From Candidatus Lloydbacteria bacterium RIFCSPLOWO2_01_FULL_50_20 (lineage in GTDB: Bacteria > Patescibacteriota > Minisyncoccia > Phycocordibacterales > UBA6899): a stretch of DNA of 64,000 nucleotides. The stretch is from assembly GCA_001821435.1 (NCBI GenBank), contig MHLP01000007.1, positions 1,620 to 65,619 of the forward strand, written 5' to 3'. Under the pieces are notes generated by a model, which saw nothing but the letters and a program-made list of their open reading frames with translations, made no database searches and was not told the origin of the DNA. A program made the translations under genes and the position numbers. This document shows positions 10,617-20,851 of this stretch, one piece after another (the first letter of the stretch is position 1; each line of letters begins with the position of its first letter).

Positions 10617-10677
10617 AACATGCCGCCAGGAAAATATGCCCCACGCCCGCGAGAGATGGATAGACAGGCGGCGTGTT

Positions 10678-11886
10678 TCACTCCAGCCGCCAATTTCCGT
10701 CGGCACGGATGTCCGCGATGTCCGTCGTTCCGGAGCTATAGCGGAGCGCTCCTCCGACGGCGATCATGAGCGCGTTATCGGTGGAGAGCGCATGATCAGG
10801 AATATACAAAGAAATTCCCGGAAGTTTCTCGGCAACAGCTTCCGCGAGCATTTTTCGCAGACGTTTATTTGCGGAGACGCCTCCTCCGAGTACGATGGTC
10901 TTTGCGCCGGTCACTTCTGCCGCACGCACTGTTTTTGCGATAAGCACTTCAATGCATGCTTCCTCGAATTCCCGCGCGATGTCCGCCTTTTGCGTCTCGG
11001 CGAGCAGTCCGATCTTTTTTATAAGATACAGCACCGCAGTTTTGAGTCCCGCAAAAGAGAAATCATGATCACTGGACTGAAGCATCGGACGAGGGAGAGC
11101 AAACTTGCCGGGTGTTCCTGTCTCACCTAGGCGCGATATTTCGGGGCCTCCGGGGTAAGGAAGACCAAGCATGCGTGCCACCTTGTCGAAAGCTTCACCC
11201 ACCGCATCGTCCCGTGTTTCGCCGATCACTTCGTATGCACCCCAGTCATGCATAAGCACAAGCTCCGTATGTCCGCCGGAAACCAAGAGTCCGAGTAGGG
11301 GGAATGTTGCCGGCGCAAATTTATACCGGACATCTTCTCGCTCATTCCGCTTTTTTTCGCGCGAAGATGTCTCCGGAGCGATCCTCGTCAGAAGCGGTGA
11401 GAGTAGGTGACCCTCCATGTGGTTGACGGGTATAACGGGAATTTTCCATATTAATGACAGCGCTTTGGCGAAATTGAGACCAACCCAAAGCGCAGGCTCA
11501 AGTCCCGGTCCTCGGGTCACCGCTATCGCATCAAAGGGCGGACGGTCGACGTGCGGGATCTCCGTAATGAATTGTGCGAATAATTCCGGCTCATGATCGA
11601 GAATATCCCGGAAATCTTTTCTGAGCGGACTTTCGATGACATGCCGGCTTGTTTTTTTATAGAATCCCGCATCTTGTAATGTTTTGATGAACAGCGGAAC
11701 GAGCGAGCGTGCATGTTCCCGTTTTGCCAGCATAGGGAATACTCCGCCGTACTCTTTGTGTACGGCGATCTGCGAAAGCGTGTTATCGGCGAGGACGCGA
11801 AAAGTGACCGATGGAAGAGTGCCGTCAGTTTCAATGATGGAGAGCGCAGTCTCGTCGCAAGATGTCTCTATGCTCAATATGAACAT
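10678..11886 (-). CDS. tsaD: tRNA N6-threonylcarbamoyladenosine transferase TsaD
   Basis: IETSCDET, NHMEGH, VSGGHT, DDAVGEAFDK, TDNALMIA. Confidence 0.97.
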   Translation of the reverse strand: MFILSIETSCDETALSIIETDGTLPSVTFRVLADNTLSQIAVHKEYGGVFPMLAKREHARSLVPLFIKTLQDAGFYKKTSRHVIESPLRKDFRDILDHEPELFAQFITEIPHVDRPPFDAIAVTRGPGLEPALWVGLNFAKALSLIWKIPVIPVNHMEGHLLSPLLTRIAPETSSREKKRNEREDVRYKFAPATFPLLGLLVSGGHTELVLMHDWGAYEVIGETRDDAVGEAFDKVARMLGLPYPGGPEISRLGETGTPGKFALPRPMLQSSDHDFSFAGLKTAVLYLIKKIGLLAETQKADIAREFEEACIEVLIAKTVRAAEVTGAKTIVLGGGVSANKRLRKMLAEAVAEKLPGISLYIPDHALSTDNALMIAVGGALRYSSGTTDIADIRADGNWRLE

Positions 11887-11914
11887 GATCGCCGTCGGAG
11901 GAGCGCTCCGCTAT
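10738..11914. repeat. 31-bp perfect inverted repeat pair (10738-10768 and 11884-11914)
   Basis: ATAGCGGAGCGCTCCTCCGACGGCGATCATG and its exact reverse complement. Confidence 0.95.
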
Positions 11915-12218
11915 TTCGGCAGTTACCATTAGAGCATAATTGCGAATAAATAGACAATTTACCGTGAAACACGCGAATGGAAACCAACGGTTCATTCAAT
12001 CATCATCTTCCTTGTGTTATAGTCTGAAAGTATTTGGCCGCTTAGACTGCAGATCGGGAATACGCATGAGAAAGAAAATCGTGTTTTCTTTCTCACCTGG
12101 AACGACGCCATCGCGTCCGGATACAGACCATGCAAAAAATGCAAACCTGTGCCATAGCTACGTTTGAACCGTAACTATTTCAGTTACGTTTTTATGCTTA
12201 AGTTTTGACTCGATGCGG

Positions 12219-12305
12219 CGGAGGAGGTGAGATTCGAACTCACGGTCCCCTTACGAGGACACTGCATTTCGAGTGCAGCGCACTAGACCACTATGCGACT
12301 CCTCC
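12219..12305 (-). tRNA. tRNA-Ser(CGA)
   Basis: GGAGGAG...CTCCTCC-G, loop CT-CGA-AA, long variable arm. Confidence 0.95.
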
Positions 12306-13082
12306 AAGAAAACGTTCCAAACGCTCGGAGTGTTTGAGATTACTCGTTCCAATTTCTTTGAAATATCTTACAATATTTTCTCTTTTCCGCAAATAGATCG
12401 ATCGATGTGTGCCAACTCCGCCAGTTGGATTATAATCTAGTGCCAGCAATATCTCGATGATATCTTTCCTTAGAGATTCGGAGGCACTGCTGAAGAGTAG
12501 TCCAATTCCTTGATAGCGTCGACCCTTTATTACACGAAAATCTTGGTACACCGATCCGTCCGTATCGAAAAGTCCCCGCAGAAAGCTTTTTTTGTAATTT
12601 TTATTTTGTGTTATCCACAGGGGAATATGCAGATTGCCAGCCAACTTATTTCCTTTGGGCATTCCCTTTTTGTGTAAAAAATTCACAAGATTTTTTGCGG
12701 TCACTACCACGGTAAGCGCATTCTGCCCCTTCTTTTTTCTGATGCGAGCGCGAAGACCAAAAAGGAGATAGATCATTTTTTGCACAAACTCCGCATGTTC
12801 ACTATCCGTTTTAGAATTAGTCGTTACACTCATCCAATATGTAGCGAGATGTCCATCGCCAATAAGGATGCCAAGGAATTCAGCGAGCAATCGTGAGTTT
12901 CTCGGGCGACGAATTTGAGTGAGCTGTTTGAATTGGGTTTTTCTTAAGTGATGAGTCCGTAGGGAATTTAATCCTCCCTTGCGCCGTCCTTCTTCTGTGC
13001 CAGGATTTCCATATAAACGAATGCGCGAATATCCACCCTCACTTGCAATATGCCTCAAGCGTGTTGCGCGAAATTCATTCAT
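12291..13082 (-). CDS. LAGLIDADG homing endonuclease (two-motif)
   Basis: LAEFLGILIGDG and FLRGLFDTDGS motifs; TTGACA-17-TAGCAT upstream; start uncertain. Confidence 0.88.
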   Translation of the reverse strand: MNEFRATRLRHIASEGGYSRIRLYGNPGTEEGRRKGGLNSLRTHHLRKTQFKQLTQIRRPRNSRLLAEFLGILIGDGHLATYWMSVTTNSKTDSEHAEFVQKMIYLLFGLRARIRKKKGQNALTVVVTAKNLVNFLHKKGMPKGNKLAGNLHIPLWITQNKNYKKSFLRGLFDTDGSVYQDFRVIKGRRYQGIGLLFSSASESLRKDIIEILLALDYNPTGGVGTHRSIYLRKRENIVRYFKEIGTSNLKHSERLERFLGGVA

Positions 13083-13228
13083 AAATTTCATGCTATATTT
13101 CGAGTAGCAATTTGTCAACCGGTCTACAGCAGGAAACTTGTTTTTTGTGCCGCATGATGTTAGTATCACAACCATCAGGCCCATCGTCTTCATGGCGTAA
13201 ATGGAGGCTGAATGCCAGTTTTTAGACT

Positions 13229-13300
13229 GGCCCTATCGTCTAATGGTTAGGACGGCGCCCTTTCACGGCGTAAATCGGGGTTCGACTCCCCGTGGGGTCA
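13229..13300 (+). tRNA. tRNA-Glu(TTC)
   Basis: GGCCCTA...TGGGGTC-A, loop CT-TTC-AC. Confidence 0.95.
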
Positions 13301-13348
13301 CCTAAAGCAACAAAACGGCTCGCAAGAGCCTGGAATCCGTTTCTACAT

Positions 13349-14962
13349 TTATATTCCTGTTTTTTCAGACAGTCTAAGTTCGGAAAAGATTATTCGAGCG
13401 ATCCGATCTTTTTCCAGACCATTTGCCGAACGGTAATATGTAGCACCGGTTTTCAGCAGTTCGGAAAGTTTTACGACATCCTTGATCGTCTCGCTCATTG
13501 AACCGTCAGACGCCTCCTCAGCGGCACGTAACCCCTCGAGCTCAAGACTAATACGCGCCTCTTCGGCCACGATTGCCTCCGCACTATAGGCACCCGTGCG
13601 TAGGAGCAGAAGCCTGTTTGCGGTCAGATATGCGAGGTCCTCGCGGAGTTTTTTCTCAAGACGCTCTGCGTTATCGAGGTCGTTGAGCCGCTTCGTTTCC
13701 AAGACGGCGATGCCCGTGCTCGCGCGTGTCTCTATATATTCGAGCTCCGCATCGGTAAAAGACAGCGCATCTATAAGAGTACCGATCTTTTCGCCGATGA
13801 ATGCGAGGGTGAAGCTCTTGGTCGAATTCGAGCATCCCGGTGCGCATCGCGCCCCGTAGTAAATCATTCCTTTCTGCTCATAGGGGGTGTAGACACGTCC
13901 GCAAAGTACACAGCGAATCATTCCTCGCAATGGATGTTCGAGAACTTCGGCGTAGTGGGCGCTGATCTTCTTGCGTCGCAGCTGTAGCTGGACTCTGCCG
14001 AACACTTCATCAGTGACAAGAGCCTCATGGCTGATGCTTTGCAGCAGAACGCCATCATTCCCAGGCACCTTGCCCGCATAGAATGGGTTGGTCAGGATCT
14101 TATGGATCGAGTTGAAGGTAGGAATCCGCGGCACGGGGTCGATCTTGAGCCGGATATCGTCCTCTTCCTCAGCGAGGATCTCCTCATCGGTTCGCCGCCG
14201 ACGCATCGGCGGCATCGTCAACCCCCGTGCAATCGCCCTTCGCGCCAAGTCGGCTAAGGTCCACTGTCCTGTTGCGGCGAGTTCAAAGAGCTCTTTAATG
14301 ATCGGCGCGCGTACGGGGTCAATGGGTTTGTGCGCCATGTCGCCCGTGTTGAGATATCCGACCGGTGCGCGATGTGTGCAGATACCTCGTGCACGATTGC
14401 TGCGCATCGTTAGGGTAACCTTCTCGCGCGTGACCCGCGAGTGGTGCTCGGCAAACATACCATCGATATCCATATGCAGCTCGCCCGCGCTCGTCTTGTC
14501 GTAGTGCGCAAGCGTGAAGCGGATATCGATGCCGGCCTTCATAAGCTTGCGGAGTATTGTGTCGTCTCCTTTGTTTCTGCTCGCCCGATCCCAGCAGAGG
14601 AAAATGACACCCTTGAAATAGCCTTTGCTCAGCAACTGCACAAGTCGGTGGAACTTCGGCCGCTCCACCCGATAACGTACGGTATTGTTGTAGCCGAACG
14701 TGAGTCTGAGGTCTTCCTTGAAACCCGAATGTCTTTCCGAAATGATCCCGTCGGTCGCGAAGCTCTGGAGCGTGATCGGCGCGATCGCAAGGTGCTCGCG
14801 GTATGCAAAGCGGGCATTCTCGGACTTCTGATATTTGATCGAATTCTTCTGGTTGGCTGTGTCGTCCGTGCTCTTGCGGTTGTATATGAGAAAGTTGTTG
14901 CGGTACTTGCCGCTCTGGATCTCTTTCAGTACCTGCTTTTCATGTTCTGCACTCCTCGTCAT
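13349..14962 (-). CDS. Large serine recombinase, possible frameshift near the C-terminus
   Basis: IYNRKST catalytic motif, WDRASRN, APVGY, ILTNPFYAG, Zn ribbon CVLCG; points at the tRNA-Glu 3' end. Confidence 0.92.
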   Translation of the reverse strand: MTRSAEHEKQVLKEIQSGKYRNNFLIYNRKSTDDTANQKNSIKYQKSENARFAYREHLAIAPITLQSFATDGIISERHSGFKEDLRLTFGYNNTVRYRVERPKFHRLVQLLSKGYFKGVIFLCWDRASRNKGDDTILRKLMKAGIDIRFTLAHYDKTSAGELHMDIDGMFAEHHSRVTREKVTLTMRSNRARGICTHRAPVGYLNTGDMAHKPIDPVRAPIIKELFELAATGQWTLADLARRAIARGLTMPPMRRRRTDEEILAEEEDDIRLKIDPVPRIPTFNSIHKILTNPFYAGKVPGNDGVLLQSISHEALVTDEVFGRVQLQLRRKKISAHYAEVLEHPLRGMIRCVLCGRVYTPYEQKGMIYYGARCAPGCSNSTKSFTLAFIGEKIGTLIDALSFTDAELEYIETRASTGIAVLETKRLNDLDNAERLEKKLREDLAYLTANRLLLLRTGAYSAEAIVAEEARISLELEGLRAAEEASDGSMSETIKDVVKLSELLKTGATYYRSANGLEKDRIARIIFSELRLSEKTGI

Positions 14963-15212
14963 GCTCGGTTGTCGGTTTTATGATCTCGCCATTGATAATC
15001 GTGTATCCCTCCGATAACAGACGGTCGTGTACGCTGCGGAGCGCTTCGCCCAACTCAACGAGCGATGCGATGGTGTCATCGCTAAACGTCTGTTCCTCGG
15101 GACACAAAGAGGGGCAACGAGAAGAGTCAGTGTTGCTACACAAAGACCCTCGTTGCCCCTCTTTGGGTACAAGCTTGTTCTGCTCTTTTTGATCTTCGTG
15201 TAGCTCCTTCAT
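14940..15212 (-). CDS. Small hypothetical protein upstream of the recombinase
   Basis: Overlaps recombinase start; LVELGEALR..HDRL..EGY..I.G motif. Confidence 0.55.
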   Translation of the reverse strand: MKELHEDQKEQNKLVPKEGQRGSLCSNTDSSRCPSLCPEEQTFSDDTIASLVELGEALRSVHDRLLSEGYTIINGEIIKPTTEHDEECRT

Positions 15213-15475
15213 AGTACAAAATGTGTCGCGCCCCGCAAGTCACTCCCTGGGGATCGACCGTCAGCCCAGCGTAGTCAAAGGAGACCGGTAATCCAAAGAC
15301 GCTGAAACGTGACTGGCAAGTCGCTCGCCGCTTGTTGGCCCAGCTCCGTCCAGACTTCCGATGTCAAATGTTTCGGCCTTAGGACTCGAGTCGCGACACG
15401 CGTTGCGCATGTTGTGAAGTAGGTACACCAGGGCAATCGTTATACGATTAGGGGCATATTCATAACCCCTCTCGT

Positions 15476-18400
15476 ATGGAGGAACATCGAGGGCTCTTTT
15501 TATTTATCAGCACACAGCGGCGTCAGAGTGCGCATCTGGTCGCACTCATCGTGGTCAGCATAACTTTGCTCATTCCCACGATCGCGTTCGCAGCAAACAA
15601 CGACCCATTTCGCAGTGGTCGTGAAGCAGTCAACCCCAAGCAGTCGGCTGGTGTAGGTCAATCGACCGGTGCCATGACCTACAGCTACCCCCTCGTCATT
15701 CCTCCGGGGCGAAATGGCGTACAACCCAACCTCTCCCTTAACTATTCGAGCGATGACAAACGCCCAGACAGTATTTTTGGATACGGCTGGTCGATGACGC
15801 TTCCATATATAGAACGTGTCAACAAACTGGGAACCAATAATTTATATAACCAAGATACTGCACACACCTTCTTCACCTCGTCGATTTCAGGGGAATTATT
15901 GCCGGTGGTTAATTCCACACCGATTGGCGGAAGTTTTCTGGGGATGATCCTGGGCGCTTCACCACTTGCGCTTCTTGAAACCTCCGAAGAATCAAATACC
16001 ACCCAAACGCAGAGCGAGCCGACTGAACAAAGTGCCAGCCCAGCGCCTGATCCAACGATTGTGAGCGATGAGATTGCTCAGTCATTCCATACATTTGCCG
16101 ACACGTTCTCGACTGCTTTTGTCTATCACCCAAACGAAGAAGGAGAGTGGAACAGTGCTCGCGAGCGAGGTACTCATGATGCAAAATTAGGCATCCCAGG
16201 ATTTCCCGTGGCCGGCAAGTCTCTGTCGCTCGTAAGCGTAATACCCAACCCCCTCACCCCCGCCCTCGAAAACCTTCCGGCAACGGAACGCGCCACCCTC
16301 AAGGGCGAAGCCATCGCGCAAATAGGCAGCATCCCTAAGACGCTCCACGGTGATTATTGGATCGAGGTCACCGCCATGAACCCCATCGAGGGCGGCGTCG
16401 AATTGTTCGCCCGCGCCTGGGATACAAATGACGATCCGATCGGCTTCGGCCAAGACGGTACTGTCGAGACCGAACGGTTCCGCATCTTTAACCCTCCTAT
16501 CCTGGTTGACGATCCCAATGGAACTATCGTCCGCACTTGGACCGATGAAATAACCAACGAAGTAAAGACTCGCACATTGCGAGAAGACCCCGTTCAAGCG
16601 ATCACCGAAACGCTTTTACACACCATCAGTCTCGTCGGAAGAGAAGACACGCAAATAAACGCCGGAAGCGTCGGAAACACAACTGATATTTTTTATCCCA
16701 GTACCGACGGTCGTGCGTACCGCATCCCCGCATCTGAAACATTTGCCACGATTCGCGCGGGTGCGGGTCAAGGTTCTCCCACTGGAGAGACGTCTGCTGC
16801 CGCCGTGACGCTTCAAGCATCGGGAACCAGTAATCAGTACAACGTGCTCACTCGCGGATTCTTTCTGTTTGACACATCTCCAATAGGCACTGACAGCATT
16901 TCATCTTCCACGCTCTCTCTTGTGGCTTCCAATACTTCTTTCTTCGACGACTTCACCGATAGTGTGGGAGTGGTTGCCGCAACCACGGCGTCAGATAGTG
17001 ACGTCGCCAACTCTGACTTTGAAGGAACAGTGGGGAATACGACAAGGTGGGCAACCGACAGAACAATTGCCAGTCTTGCCCATGACGATGCGACCTATAA
17101 CAGTTGGACATTGAATGCGACGGGGATTGCCGGGATCAACAAGACAGGGATCACCAAGATCGGCCTCAAGTCCGCCCTTGACATTGATAACACCGCACCG
17201 ACATGGGGAAGCGAGCTTGCATCGAATGTCATATTCTATTTTGCAGACAATGAAGGAGCAGGAACAACCGCTGACCCAAAATTAGTTGTTGTGCATTCCG
17301 CAGTTCCACAGGGCCCCACTAGCCTTCTGCTTGACGATCTGACCAATCCCTCGAATATCGCCACGAGCTCCCCGTACTTCTCGGCGATCCACGCGAACGC
17401 TTCCACCACCGCCTTAGCTACCAGCTACCAGATCCAAGTGGACACCGCCGGCACCTTCACCGCTCCCTATTGGGATTCCGGGAAGCGCACCCTCTCCTCC
17501 TCCACTCCGGCAGGCATGCGCTCACCAAACATCTACGCCACCAGCACCTTCGCACTCGATGGCACCACCTACTATTGGCGTCTCCGCTTTTACGATCAGA
17601 TGGGGGGAGTGGGGGACTATTCCACCGCGACGTCGACATTCAGGATGCGTTCGGCATCGACGGTGCTCCAAGACCTGAATTACACCTACGACGCGGTCGG
17701 GAACATCATCACCATCCAGGATTATTCCGGCAACAACGCTGCTGCCTCGACCACGTACACCTATGACAATCTCTATCGCTTAACGAGGGCGAGCAGCACG
17801 GATGCCGTCCTCACCAACTGGCTCCAGACGTATGCGTATGATGACCTCGGGAACATCACAAGCAAGAGCGATGTGGGGAGTTACACCTACGCGGGTACCG
17901 GCTGGGCCAATCCGCATGCGCCGACGACGGTGAATGGGGTGACGTATGGCTATGACGCAGCGGGGAATCTCACAAGTGCGGGAGCTGCCAGCTACTTCTG
18001 GAATTATCGCAACCGACTGACGGACACCAACGTCAATTCCACCACTACCCATTATCAATACGACCACCTTGATCAACGTGTTCAACAAGACGTGAAGATC
18101 GGAGCCTCCGCGACTTCAAGCACAATTTATTGGAGTAAACTTTTTGAGACCAAGGGGGCGACCACGACTTTGTATGTGTTTCTGCCCAATGGTGAACTCT
18201 TGGCGACGGTGGAGGGGAATGGGAGTGCGACCTCGACGTACATCGCACATACCGATCATCAGGGTTCGACTAATGTGATGAGTGATAAGAATGGAAATCT
18301 TGCACAACTTGCCACGTATTATCCGTTTGGGGGGAAGAGGAATAATGAACTTTCATCAAATGGGTTCCAAGAAAAGAGAGGATTCATAGGTCAATATGAA

Positions 18401-19255
18401 GATGCCGTCGTCCAACTCTCGTACCTAAATGCGAGATATTACGATATCACCCGAGGCCAATTTGCAAGTGAAGACCCACTAGTACAGAAGATCGGCCTTG
18501 ACCTCAAGGAAGTACAGCGGCTTCTTCTTGATCCACAGTTACAGAATTACTATTCTTATGCTCGCAATAATCCGATCAATTTAAGTGATCCGAGTGGAGA
18601 GGCAACCATCGGTCAGTTACTATCGCAGATCAGCGCGCTACTCACACAATTAAGTGCGGCTATAACGAAGCAATACTCTAGTACTGTGTCATCTGTTTCG
18701 AGCACCCTGCAAACAGTGAGTGCGGCAAGTACACAACAGGTATCGAAGGCAGTGAATACTGTTTACAACTTTCATGGTGGCGCAGGATTAACATTTGGCG
18801 GTGAGACTTCAGTTGGCGTACGGTCAGGAGGTGCTGGTGCTGGCGTCACTGCGCAACAATCCTACTCCTTTGGGGTTTTTAAGGACAAGGGATTCAAGTT
18901 CAGTATCGGCGGTTTTAAGAGTTACGGAAACGCATTTGCGGCAGGAGATACTGAAGTCACTTCTGCGGAATTGAATATGTGTCCTGTACTCACGGAACGA
19001 CCAGTTATATTTGGGCTTTCATACGGTGTTGGTGTCGGTGGCTTTGTTGCGCCTAACGCTGGCAGTGTTAATGATTTGTTGGGAACATCAAATTCAGTTT
19101 CTTATAATGCTCCATTTGGTAGCTTTCAATATTCCTTGGGAGAACAGCCGACGTATGCCTTGACCTACGGGCCACACCTATCAGGCGTAACCCCAGGCGC
19201 CTCGTACACTCAACTCCCTGTATCCAATGAACATTGGTTTAGTACTAGCCCTTAA
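15476..19255 (+). CDS. RHS/YD-repeat protein with N-terminal SpvB/TcB-like segment
   Basis: GAMTYSYPLVIPPGRNG, YTYDAVGN repeats, DHQGS, YYPFG, YLNARYY, YSYARNNPINLSDPSG. Confidence 0.9.
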   Translation: MEEHRGLFLFISTQRRQSAHLVALIVVSITLLIPTIAFAANNDPFRSGREAVNPKQSAGVGQSTGAMTYSYPLVIPPGRNGVQPNLSLNYSSDDKRPDSIFGYGWSMTLPYIERVNKLGTNNLYNQDTAHTFFTSSISGELLPVVNSTPIGGSFLGMILGASPLALLETSEESNTTQTQSEPTEQSASPAPDPTIVSDEIAQSFHTFADTFSTAFVYHPNEEGEWNSARERGTHDAKLGIPGFPVAGKSLSLVSVIPNPLTPALENLPATERATLKGEAIAQIGSIPKTLHGDYWIEVTAMNPIEGGVELFARAWDTNDDPIGFGQDGTVETERFRIFNPPILVDDPNGTIVRTWTDEITNEVKTRTLREDPVQAITETLLHTISLVGREDTQINAGSVGNTTDIFYPSTDGRAYRIPASETFATIRAGAGQGSPTGETSAAAVTLQASGTSNQYNVLTRGFFLFDTSPIGTDSISSSTLSLVASNTSFFDDFTDSVGVVAATTASDSDVANSDFEGTVGNTTRWATDRTIASLAHDDATYNSWTLNATGIAGINKTGITKIGLKSALDIDNTAPTWGSELASNVIFYFADNEGAGTTADPKLVVVHSAVPQGPTSLLLDDLTNPSNIATSSPYFSAIHANASTTALATSYQIQVDTAGTFTAPYWDSGKRTLSSSTPAGMRSPNIYATSTFALDGTTYYWRLRFYDQMGGVGDYSTATSTFRMRSASTVLQDLNYTYDAVGNIITIQDYSGNNAAASTTYTYDNLYRLTRASSTDAVLTNWLQTYAYDDLGNITSKSDVGSYTYAGTGWANPHAPTTVNGVTYGYDAAGNLTSAGAASYFWNYRNRLTDTNVNSTTTHYQYDHLDQRVQQDVKIGASATSSTIYWSKLFETKGATTTLYVFLPNGELLATVEGNGSATSTYIAHTDHQGSTNVMSDKNGNLAQLATYYPFGGKRNNELSSNGFQEKRGFIGQYEDAVVQLSYLNARYYDITRGQFASEDPLVQKIGLDLKEVQRLLLDPQLQNYYSYARNNPINLSDPSGEATIGQLLSQISALLTQLSAAITKQYSSTVSSVSSTLQTVSAASTQQVSKAVNTVYNFHGGAGLTFGGETSVGVRSGGAGAGVTAQQSYSFGVFKDKGFKFSIGGFKSYGNAFAAGDTEVTSAELNMCPVLTERPVIFGLSYGVGVGGFVAPNAGSVNDLLGTSNSVSYNAPFGSFQYSLGEQPTYALTYGPHLSGVTPGASYTQLPVSNEHWFSTSP

Positions 19256-19304
19256 ATATCAAGGGAGATAAAAACTTTATTCATTTAATTCTGAACTGAA
19301 AAAC

Positions 19305-19670
19305 ATGTTAGAAAATATTATGATTGCTTGCTTTTTCCTTGCCGGATTTGATTATCTATTTTTTGGTAAAGTGCTAATTACTTACCAGTTCACCGAAACC
19401 GAATTGAGGGTGATCTTATTAAAATTATTTCCACTACACATTATTCCCCTCAAAATAGTGGAGAAAGTTGAAAAGATTTCATACCCCAAAATGTTTGCGG
19501 GAATGGCAATTTATGTCAGCGCATTTCGTTCACGCGCATTTGGTGGCGGTGTTCTCATTAGAACAAGTACCAAGCATGGTAATGAAGTCGTTGTGACCCC
19601 CCCCCGTGTTGACGAATTCATTTCGGAAGTTAAGAGACGCGTGAGAGAAAAAACCAGAAGAGAAATATAA
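19305..19670 (+). CDS. Small membrane/PH-fold-like protein, candidate RHS immunity protein
   Basis: Directly downstream of RHS; AT-rich; VVVTP..VDEFI ending. Confidence 0.55.
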   Translation: MLENIMIACFFLAGFDYLFFGKVLITYQFTETELRVILLKLFPLHIIPLKIVEKVEKISYPKMFAGMAIYVSAFRSRAFGGGVLIRTSTKHGNEVVVTPPRVDEFISEVKRRVREKTRREI

Positions 19671-19836
19671 CGCCCCCATGCTCCGCATCGCTGAAAAATT
19701 CCCACTCACCGAATCTCTTTGGAGCCGCTATCGCTCGCAACGAAACGGGGACAGCCACCATTAATTGACTGATGGTGTGGGGCAGAAATGGGGATAAGTC
19801 CGTTATTTAAATAAAATATGTGGTATTATATTCCCC

Positions 19837-20091
19837 ATGCCCAGACAAGCCAGAGTCGCCGTGGGGGATGTGGTCTATCATGTGATTAACCGCGCCAACG
19901 GCCGCGTGCGGATATTCCACTCCGACAAAGACTACCAACATTTTGAATCACTGCTTGAGGAAGCAAAAGAACTCACTGGTATGCGTATCCTCGCGTACGT
20001 GATCATGCCGAATCACTGGCATCTCGTGCTCTATCCAAGTCAAGACACTGATCTTTCTGGGGGGAAAATGGGGACAGCCACAATTGACTGA
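19837..20091 (+). pseudogene. Truncated REP-associated tyrosine transposase (RAYT/IS200-like)
   Basis: MPRQAR..YHVINR..MPNHWHL (HuH motif); frame ends at a GGGGACAG repeat. Confidence 0.85.
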
Positions 20092-20127
20092 CCTCTAAAA
20101 TAACGAGGTGAGGTTCCCAGAACCTGA

Positions 20128-20685
20128 TCACGGTCGATGAATCTCCTTAAGCAAGTCGGCAAGAACATCGCAGAACTGGTACCCGGTTTCGGGCGGCTTT
20201 CCGGTCGCCGCATCCACCGGCTTTCGGAGACTAGGCGGAAGTTCGATGTGATACGACGTCCACCTAGCGTCAGAAATCGTGACCGCCTTGCTCGCTTTGA
20301 ACTTCAATGTATCGTATTCACCACGAATCGCCAGCTTCTTGAGATCGTCTGCAGAAGAAGCAAACGCTCCCTCGAGCTTTCCAGCAAGTGCTTGAGAGAA
20401 CTTGTCGTTCACCGCGCTACCGGAGGAGATTTCCACCACATCGGAACCCGCTTTCTTTCCGCCGTGTCCGTGGATCTCCACTAACAGTCTCGGCTTCCAT
20501 TGGGCTATCTGTTCGGTGTAGTCGGTATCAGCGCGCTTGTTGACGTCGACGCGGTAGTTGCAGGCTATGACGCTGCAGCAGTCCAACCGTTCGGCAAGGT
20601 AGCGCCCGAGAAATCCGGCATTTTCGTCTGCGTCTTCATGTTCCGGACACGGCAGTTTCGGTGTGACCCTCCCCCCGAATTTCAT
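20128..20685 (-). CDS. Hypothetical protein, possible metallo-amidohydrolase fold
   Basis: LVEIHGH and HIEL motifs; may be 5' truncated. Confidence 0.55.
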   Translation of the reverse strand: MKFGGRVTPKLPCPEHEDADENAGFLGRYLAERLDCCSVIACNYRVDVNKRADTDYTEQIAQWKPRLLVEIHGHGGKKAGSDVVEISSGSAVNDKFSQALAGKLEGAFASSADDLKKLAIRGEYDTLKFKASKAVTISDARWTSYHIELPPSLRKPVDAATGKPPETGYQFCDVLADLLKEIHRP

Positions 20686-20851
20686 ACACCAATCTTGTAA
20701 TTATTCGTTAGAATAGTTGCATATGACGGTAATGGGGACAGTCACGATTAAATAGCAAAGAGTATGGTCTAATATTTCCATTAATTCTCTTGCAATATGT
20801 TACGATAGCGGATAGCGAATGCGGTCGCACGCGAATAATTATGACACGTGT

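Noticed and set aside
4234-13082. Endonuclease-encoding tRNA introns
   Set aside because: Adjacent tRNAs are uninterrupted and no split halves were found
15365-15392. Hammerhead ribozyme (GAGTCC..GGCCGAAAC on the minus strand)
   Set aside because: CUGANGA core is absent
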